A stretch of 64,000 nt of DNA from a virus (lineage: Duplodnaviria; Caudoviricetes), in the IMG/VR virus record IMGVR_UViG_3300017917_000723, positions 1,251 through 65,250 of that record. One strand, written 5' to 3'. The number at the start of each line of letters is the position of its first letter. Position 1 is the first letter of the stretch. Below the pieces are notes generated by a model, which was not told the origin of the DNA, searched no databases, and saw nothing but the letters and a program-made list of their open reading frames with translations. The position numbers and the translations under genes are program-made. Below, in pieces: positions 58,936 to 64,000 of this stretch.

Positions 58936-59060
58936 TAGCTCTCCACATAAAGACACCGTGTTGCACGGATTACCTGATTTTCAGCTTTCGCTCTTTGCCG
59001 GTATACCACAGTCGGATCTTACAAGAAATTGGTCGTTTCTTGCAATTAGTAGTATTTATA
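58936..59060 (-). ncRNA. Candidate structured 5' leader RNA downstream of late promoter TATAAATA (59053-59060)
   Basis: Several hairpins in a ~110 nt leader: TTGCAAGAAA/TTTCTTGTAA, AGC-GAAA-GCT and CCGTG-CAA-CACGG. Confidence 0.45.
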
Positions 59061-59072
59061 CCAAATGGAAAA

Positions 59073-60608
59073 TTAGCCGAGGATGAGGGTCCAAACGTTG
59101 CTGTAATCTTCCATGTCAGCAACACCGACTGTAGGACCAGCACCGATAGAAATAACCCAGTTAGAACCGTCCCAGCATTCGAGATAACCCTGGTCGGTGT
59201 TCCATCGTGTTTCTCCCAATTCAGGAGTTGAACGACGTTCGGCATCTGTACCTGATGGAATAAGTAGTCCATTAGTACCGTCATATCTAACATAATTTCT
59301 GCCTAGCCCTGTAAAGATGAGCGGAGTATTTGCTAAATTTGTTAGATAATTGCCTTCCCATTTTGTACTTTCAATGTAGGTTATTCCTGTATCTGGGTTT
59401 AATAAAATATCTTCGTTAGATTGAATAGTAGATATTTTATTGGTAACTCCGTTTAATGAAGTTTGATCGCTTATTGTTACAGTTAGCGGAAATATGCCAC
59501 TACCTGGCCATGCACCTGTAGATATGTTTTGCCAGCCCGGAGAATATACCTGTGCCCATCGTCTTGGACTTGAATCTCCGGGATCTGCTCCTAATGCGTA
59601 GGTTAGATCGTCTCCAGGAATAATACTTTGAGTAAAATCAGTATTAACAGTTACAGTATCTATGGTTTGATCGCCGATAGTAATAGTACCAAGAAATGCC
59701 AGATCACCAGTTAATATAGTATTACCACTAACAGCTAGATTTCCTGTAACATTTGTGGAAGATTCTAAATTAATAAAACCTGCACCATTAGGATTAAATC
59801 TAATATTTTGATTGCTAAATCCTTCGATTAGATTACCTTCGATACTTAGGCCAGATGTTTGTATCGCACCTGTAAAATTTGATACAGGATCAGATCCCGG
59901 AATATTAATTGATATGTTTCCAGACGAAACAGATATTGTTGACGGAGAAGAAACAGTAATATTTCCTGCAGTAAATCCGGATTTTACATCAACGTTATTT
60001 GAATATCCGTTTCTCCATCGTTTTAATCCGGATCCTAAATCATATAGAATGTCGTTACCGGGAATAATGCTTTGTGTTAGATCCGGAGCTATTGTTACAG
60101 TATCTAAAGGACTATCACCAACAGTTACAATGCCATCCGATCTTAAATTTCCGGGAACTAAAATATTACCAGAGACTCCTAAATTTCCTGTAATATTAGT
60201 TGTAGCATAAACTTCTAAAGTACCAGTTCCGTTTGGATCTAATAGTATGTTACTATTAGAGAACGAGGATATGAAGTTATCATCGAATTCTAAAGAACTT
60301 GTAGTTAATCTATCATGATATAATGTCGGTCCGTTTATGTAAACGTCTATTGGAGATAGTATAGAACCGATAGTATTCGGTGCGGTAAACCGGATATCAT
60401 CTATCGTAGCTGTTGCAGTTGCCGTTAATCCGTTTGTTACAATATGCGAATTAACATCAAGATCATAAACAGGATTAGATTTGCGTATGCCTATACGCTT
60501 ATCTGTAACATTTAGATATAATAGATCAGTTTCAAACGCTAGATCTATTCCGGCTCGTAGCAGGTTGTCTGATAAAACCTGACCGCCTATACGTCCGATT
60601 TGACTCAT
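59073..60608 (-). CDS. Fibre-shaft-like protein, paralog of 57427..58935
   Basis: IGRIGGQVLSDNLLRAGIDLAFETDLLYL N-terminus, the same repeat unit and a C-terminal adaptor ending W.LILG. Confidence 0.8.
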   Translation of the reverse strand: MSQIGRIGGQVLSDNLLRAGIDLAFETDLLYLNVTDKRIGIRKSNPVYDLDVNSHIVTNGLTATATATIDDIRFTAPNTIGSILSPIDVYINGPTLYHDRLTTSSLEFDDNFISSFSNSNILLDPNGTGTLEVYATTNITGNLGVSGNILVPGNLRSDGIVTVGDSPLDTVTIAPDLTQSIIPGNDILYDLGSGLKRWRNGYSNNVDVKSGFTAGNITVSSPSTISVSSGNISINIPGSDPVSNFTGAIQTSGLSIEGNLIEGFSNQNIRFNPNGAGFINLESSTNVTGNLAVSGNTILTGDLAFLGTITIGDQTIDTVTVNTDFTQSIIPGDDLTYALGADPGDSSPRRWAQVYSPGWQNISTGAWPGSGIFPLTVTISDQTSLNGVTNKISTIQSNEDILLNPDTGITYIESTKWEGNYLTNLANTPLIFTGLGRNYVRYDGTNGLLIPSGTDAERRSTPELGETRWNTDQGYLECWDGSNWVISIGAGPTVGVADMEDYSNVWTLILG

Positions 60609-60611
60609 CGA

Positions 60612-61187
60612 TTAATTAGCGTAACCGTAGTATATAGTAACGTATACAGGGTTGCCGCCACCTCCTGTTGCAGGTACTGCTGATGTGAATTTAACATACC
60701 ATCCGTCAGCATAGGGTGCGCTAGGTCCTGTTAAACTACCTGACACACTTTGCACAACAGTATAGTTTGTTGTAGAAATTTGCATAACGTTTTCTACAAG
60801 AACTAAGATGTTATCAGGACTTGCAGAATATGATGTAACAAAACTTGCATTTAACGGACCAAATACAGTTTCGGTGCCGTTGCCTGGTCCTAGTGTTTGT
60901 TTAGTAATAGCCGATGCAACTGGACTAGCTACAGTGACCCAAGTGCCTCCTACGTATGCTTCTAGTACATTTAGTGTTGTATTATATCGAATAGTTCCGT
61001 TAGCATCTGTTGGCTGACGAACTCCGGTTAGTTGAGGACGCTCAGCAGTTGTGCCTTTTGGAAGCATCATTCCGCCTTTGGCATTTACTACGATTCTGTT
61101 GCCCGGGCCGTTACCGTTAGGATAGGATATCAACGATCTATCATTGATACTAAACTTACTAATATTTTTTGTTTTTAAGAATTTCAT
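60612..61187 (-). CDS. Virion protein with adaptor motif
   Basis: LPKGTTAERP...GTIRYNT...EAYVGGTW, then GNGTETVFGPL...ILVLVENVMQ. Confidence 0.75.
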   Translation of the reverse strand: MKFLKTKNISKFSINDRSLISYPNGNGPGNRIVVNAKGGMMLPKGTTAERPQLTGVRQPTDANGTIRYNTTLNVLEAYVGGTWVTVASPVASAITKQTLGPGNGTETVFGPLNASFVTSYSASPDNILVLVENVMQISTTNYTVVQSVSGSLTGPSAPYADGWYVKFTSAVPATGGGGNPVYVTIYYGYAN

Positions 61188-61588
61188 ACTGCCAATGCAC
61201 TCACTGTAACGCTTAGTATACTAGCTGCTGAAGTACCTATCCAAATTTCATCGCCACCATCTAATACCATTCTTTCTTCACTAAAAAACACAGTTTCACC
61301 TGCAGGTACTGTTAAATTGCTAACAACTAAATTTCCACTACCATAACTTTTTCCGCTTCTTACAAAATAAATGTTTACATTAACAGAATTAGTAGTTTCG
61401 TCTGATGCGCTAGGCGCTGCGGTATTACACAATGCTATTGTAGTTACAGCGTTGACTCTTGCAGTTGCTCCGCCTACACCAACACCACCGCCTGTAGTAG
61501 TACTGGTAAAAACTTTTACTGGAACGGTAACGCTAGTCGAGTCAACTAATGAAATTGTTCCTTCTGGATTTTCGTAATTTCTTATCAT
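61184..61588 (-). CDS. Small beta-rich virion protein (paralog family A)
   Basis: AVTTIALCN...LVVSNLTVPAGETV...ERMVLDGGDEI...TVS. Confidence 0.7.
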   Translation of the reverse strand: MIRNYENPEGTISLVDSTSVTVPVKVFTSTTTGGGVGVGGATARVNAVTTIALCNTAAPSASDETTNSVNVNIYFVRSGKSYGSGNLVVSNLTVPAGETVFFSEERMVLDGGDEIWIGTSAASILSVTVSALAV

Positions 61589-61597
61589 ATCTGTCTC

Positions 61598-62650
61598 TTA
61601 AAATAGCATACTGAACACCAGTGCTTTATTCTTACTTATTAATTCTCCGTTACGCTTTGCAGTTTCTGCGCTATCGTTTTGAAACCAAATTCCTGTAGTT
61701 CCTATGTCTGGAGTGCTGGCATATAATAATATACTGTCTGTTACATAAGCAGGAGTAACTCCAATTTTTTCTAATTGCAATGCATAGTTTGTCTGCAACT
61801 TACCAGTACCTTGTGTTCTAATATAAATGTTTTCGTTAGTTATACTAGCTCTATTTGTGATTTCGTTCCTATCAACACCACCACCAATTTCGAGATCTCC
61901 TACTTCAAATCTATTATTGTAGAATTGTCCTATTAACATTCCGTCAACAATCATAGAAACTGCGCTTTCGCCAAAGGTGCTGTGAGTAGTTGATGATGTG
62001 AAATAAGCTAATGAACCAGGAGTTCCTGAAGTATTAGGCGAAATATCTTTATCAGCAATAACAACTTTTGTGTCTTGTGTCTGAGGTGCGACAATCTGGA
62101 AAGTAGGATTATTTAAAATTGCATCGTCTACGTATTTTTTATTAGGAAGATCGTCGTCGTGTGTAACTTGATTTTCGTAATTATCTGTGCCAATGACCTT
62201 AACAACTCCTGTTCCAGTACCTATTAAAGTTAAATCTCCATCGTCTGTAGCAGAGTTTGTTAAAATTTTTCTTAATCTTAAATTACTGCTATCGTAATTA
62301 AATGGTCCGGGAGCAGTTCCATGAGCTACTATCCATGAATCTGTACTTTCATCATAAAGCAAAGATGCATTGTTTTGAGGAGAAGTACTAGAAGTATCTC
62401 CTCTATCAATTTGTAAACCAGAATAAACTAATGTAACTCCGGGACCAATTTCTCCGTAATTTAGTGTAATGATGTTATCTTCTACATCTAAATTAGTAGC
62501 GGCAACGCTAACTGTTTCACCTTCGACTATTAAATCTCCAGTAACTCTAACAGATCCACCTGCAGCCGCAGGACCGGTATCAAGAACAATCTTTGCACCG
62601 TCTGCTGCTTTGATGTTATAGTCGCCGTTGACTCTGAGAAATTGTCCCAT
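61598..62650 (-). CDS. Hypothetical virion structural protein
   Basis: 350 aa with VTGDLIVEG, DNIITLNYGE, GLQIDRG and PNKKYVD fibre-type motifs. Confidence 0.75.
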   Translation of the reverse strand: MGQFLRVNGDYNIKAADGAKIVLDTGPAAAGGSVRVTGDLIVEGETVSVAATNLDVEDNIITLNYGEIGPGVTLVYSGLQIDRGDTSSTSPQNNASLLYDESTDSWIVAHGTAPGPFNYDSSNLRLRKILTNSATDDGDLTLIGTGTGVVKVIGTDNYENQVTHDDDLPNKKYVDDAILNNPTFQIVAPQTQDTKVVIADKDISPNTSGTPGSLAYFTSSTTHSTFGESAVSMIVDGMLIGQFYNNRFEVGDLEIGGGVDRNEITNRASITNENIYIRTQGTGKLQTNYALQLEKIGVTPAYVTDSILLYASTPDIGTTGIWFQNDSAETAKRNGELISKNKALVFSMLF

Positions 62651-62664
62651 TATTACTTCCTACA

Positions 62665-63078
62665 TTATAGAGGTGTTACTTCGATTTGATCGACAGTACT
62701 ATCTGCATAGTTAGTCATACGCCATGTATACTTGTTTCCACTAAAATCTGTAATGATTCTTTTGGTAATCTTAGCAACGTTAATGGCCGAAGCATCGGCA
62801 CCGCCTACTGCATAAGCAACAATTTGCATTTCGCCGTAAGCTGTAGGTGTTCCGTTTTTTAGTACAGCAGTGACATATGCTGATGTTGTACCAATGTTTC
62901 CAATTTGACAAACTTGGAATGTTTTTGATCCACGTTGTTTAATGATAACACCGTCTGTTCTTAGACTTGCATCGTAGAATTTAACTTTAATACCGGCACT
63001 TGCATCGCCTGGGCCAGTTGTTCCGTAGGTGCCAATAACATTAACACCAAATACATCTTTCTTTAATGGACGTCCCAT
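62665..63078 (-). CDS. Hypothetical virion protein
   Basis: MGRPLKK start with AAGGAG SD; IIKQRGSKTF motif. Confidence 0.75.
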   Translation of the reverse strand: MGRPLKKDVFGVNVIGTYGTTGPGDASAGIKVKFYDASLRTDGVIIKQRGSKTFQVCQIGNIGTTSAYVTAVLKNGTPTAYGEMQIVAYAVGGADASAINVAKITKRIITDFSGNKYTWRMTNYADSTVDQIEVTPL

Positions 63079-63171
63079 TTGTTTTCTCCTTAAATATGAC
63101 GTTCTAGGTCTACGCTGCGGGTTACAGCATAAGTCCGCTCATAGTCGGCTCTTACTTAGACAATGTATTTA
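63079..63171 (-). ncRNA. Candidate structured 5' leader RNA downstream of late promoter TAAATA (63166-63171)
   Basis: Hairpin TATGCTG-TAACCCG-CAGCGTA and GAC-CTAGAAC-GTC just before the SD. Confidence 0.4.
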
Positions 63172-63438
63172 TCTTTGGCTCAACATTGCCATCAACTCTA
63201 GTTTTTCAACTGTTTCAATAACTCTGTTGATTTCGTCTAATTCTTTCTGTGCTCTTTCTAGATATTGCCGTTGCTTTGTTTGCCTATAATGTACGCCAGC
63301 AATAGCAAAGTTTTGTATGTGTTCTTCGATAATATGCTCTATTTGATTTACATCATGTGTAAACATAGGAAATCGTTTACGCCAAACACTAAATTGTCTG
63401 CGTAATTCTGTGAAATCTCTATCACTCTCAACTCGCAT
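63169..63438 (-). CDS. Hypothetical helical protein
   Basis: Start moved to ATG 63438 (TTAAATA-N5-ATG), 89 aa. Confidence 0.7.
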   Translation of the reverse strand: MRVESDRDFTELRRQFSVWRKRFPMFTHDVNQIEHIIEEHIQNFAIAGVHYRQTKQRQYLERAQKELDEINRVIETVEKLELMAMLSQR

Positions 63439-63456
63439 AGAGATATTTAAGTCAAA

Positions 63457-63482
63457 CAAAAAGGGCCTTGCGGCCCTTTTTG
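63457..63482. terminator. Rho-independent (potentially bidirectional) terminator after the major capsid gene
   Basis: Perfect inverted repeat CAAAAAGGGCC TTGC GGCCCTTTTTG. Confidence 0.9.
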
Positions 63483-63509
63483 AGTTACGTAAGTTAATCG
63501 TTCTGTCGA

Positions 63510-64000
63510 TTAAGCAAAACGTAGGTTTGCAGATGTAACACCAACGGTTGCCAAGTAGTCAGCAGCATTACCTAGAGATGATGCTGTGTTTGTTAGCTCA
63601 ACATAACCATAACGTGTCATGAAGCTTACTACTGGTTCGAAGGTTGCTGGATCTAGAACAACACCGCTGCTCATCAATGGAATGTATGGGCAGTAGAATG
63701 CTGCTGCGTCAGATTCAGAAGAACCTTTGTAACCGATTAGAACATCGTCAGTTGTAGCATATGTGTTTACATATACTTTCATTGCGCTGTTCAATGTACC
63801 AACAAACTTAGTATTTGTAGGTGCTTCGAATGTACCTTCTGTTGTTCTTGCGAATGCAGAAGTTGTTGCGCTCTGTAACAATGTTAATACTGTTGGAGAA
63901 ACAACAGCCCAGTTACCAGCACCACGACGTGTACGCTGAGCGATCAAGTTAGCAGCACGGTTGATTTGAACAGCTAAAGCAGCGTGTTCGTCACCAACGA
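63510..64000 (-). CDS. gp23: Major capsid protein, C-terminal part (5' end beyond window)
   Basis: The frame is open to the edge: ...NLIAQRTRRGAGNW, GYKGSSESDAAAFYCPYIPL and FEPVVSFMTRYG. Confidence 0.97.
   Translation of the reverse strand, partial: VGDEHAALAVQINRAANLIAQRTRRGAGNWAVVSPTVLTLLQSATTSAFARTTEGTFEAPTNTKFVGTLNSAMKVYVNTYATTDDVLIGYKGSSESDAAAFYCPYIPLMSSGVVLDPATFEPVVSFMTRYGYVELTNTASSLGNAADYLATVGVTSANLRFA

Noticed and set aside
58936-59050. Hammerhead, twister or c-di-GMP-I identity for the leader RNA
   Set aside because: The core consensus elements (e.g. CUGAnGA with GAAA, or the GEMM P1/P2 pattern) are not in the right order. It is kept only as an unclassified candidate.
58970-59293. 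107 aa minus-strand ORF and 78 aa plus-strand ORF
   Set aside because: They overlap the real fibre gene, a late promoter and the structured leader, and have no protein-like features.
63098-63110. preQ1-I riboswitch-like GTTCTAG loop
   Set aside because: It is on the strand opposite the downstream gene, the stem is only 3 bp, and the required A-rich 3' tail is missing.
1-64000. Genetic code reassignment, tRNA genes, integrase or prophage boundaries
   Set aside because: Genes are full-length and densely packed under code 11. No cloverleaf, integrase or host genes were recognised.

Overview
A 64 kb segment of a large T4-like myovirus, probably a jumbo phage from fresh water. A betaproteobacterial host is weakly suggested. 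Most genes are on the minus strand. From left to right: (1) the start of a probable UvsW helicase; (2) a ~9 kb AT-rich glycan island with six paralogous capsule-synthesis-like GT-B proteins, two GT-A glycosyltransferases, two methyltransferases and a nucleotidyltransferase-cupin fusion; (3) uvsY-uvsX-gp32; (4) terminases, candidate internal head proteins, gp4, tail tube, a very large tail sheath, dNMP kinase and neck genes gp13/14/15; (5) a plus-strand enzyme cassette with a flavin halogenase, four 2OG-Fe(II) oxygenases and a carbamoyltransferase; (6) a ~26 kb modular fibre/virion-appendage region; (7) the 3' end of the major capsid gene. I saw no tRNA, CRISPR array, integrase or reverse transcriptase. 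The main candidates for new biology are: a late-expressed virion-decoration system (glycan island plus hydroxylase/halogenase/carbamoyltransferase cassette); a recurrent TAAATA-N5-ATG leaderless late-gene layout; two structured 5' leader RNAs; a six-copy fibre adaptor motif; an FtsZ-tail-like peptide; and a terminator-bounded module encoding a secreted peptide and an ORF with no obvious start. All product calls come from motifs recognised by eye; no database searches were run.
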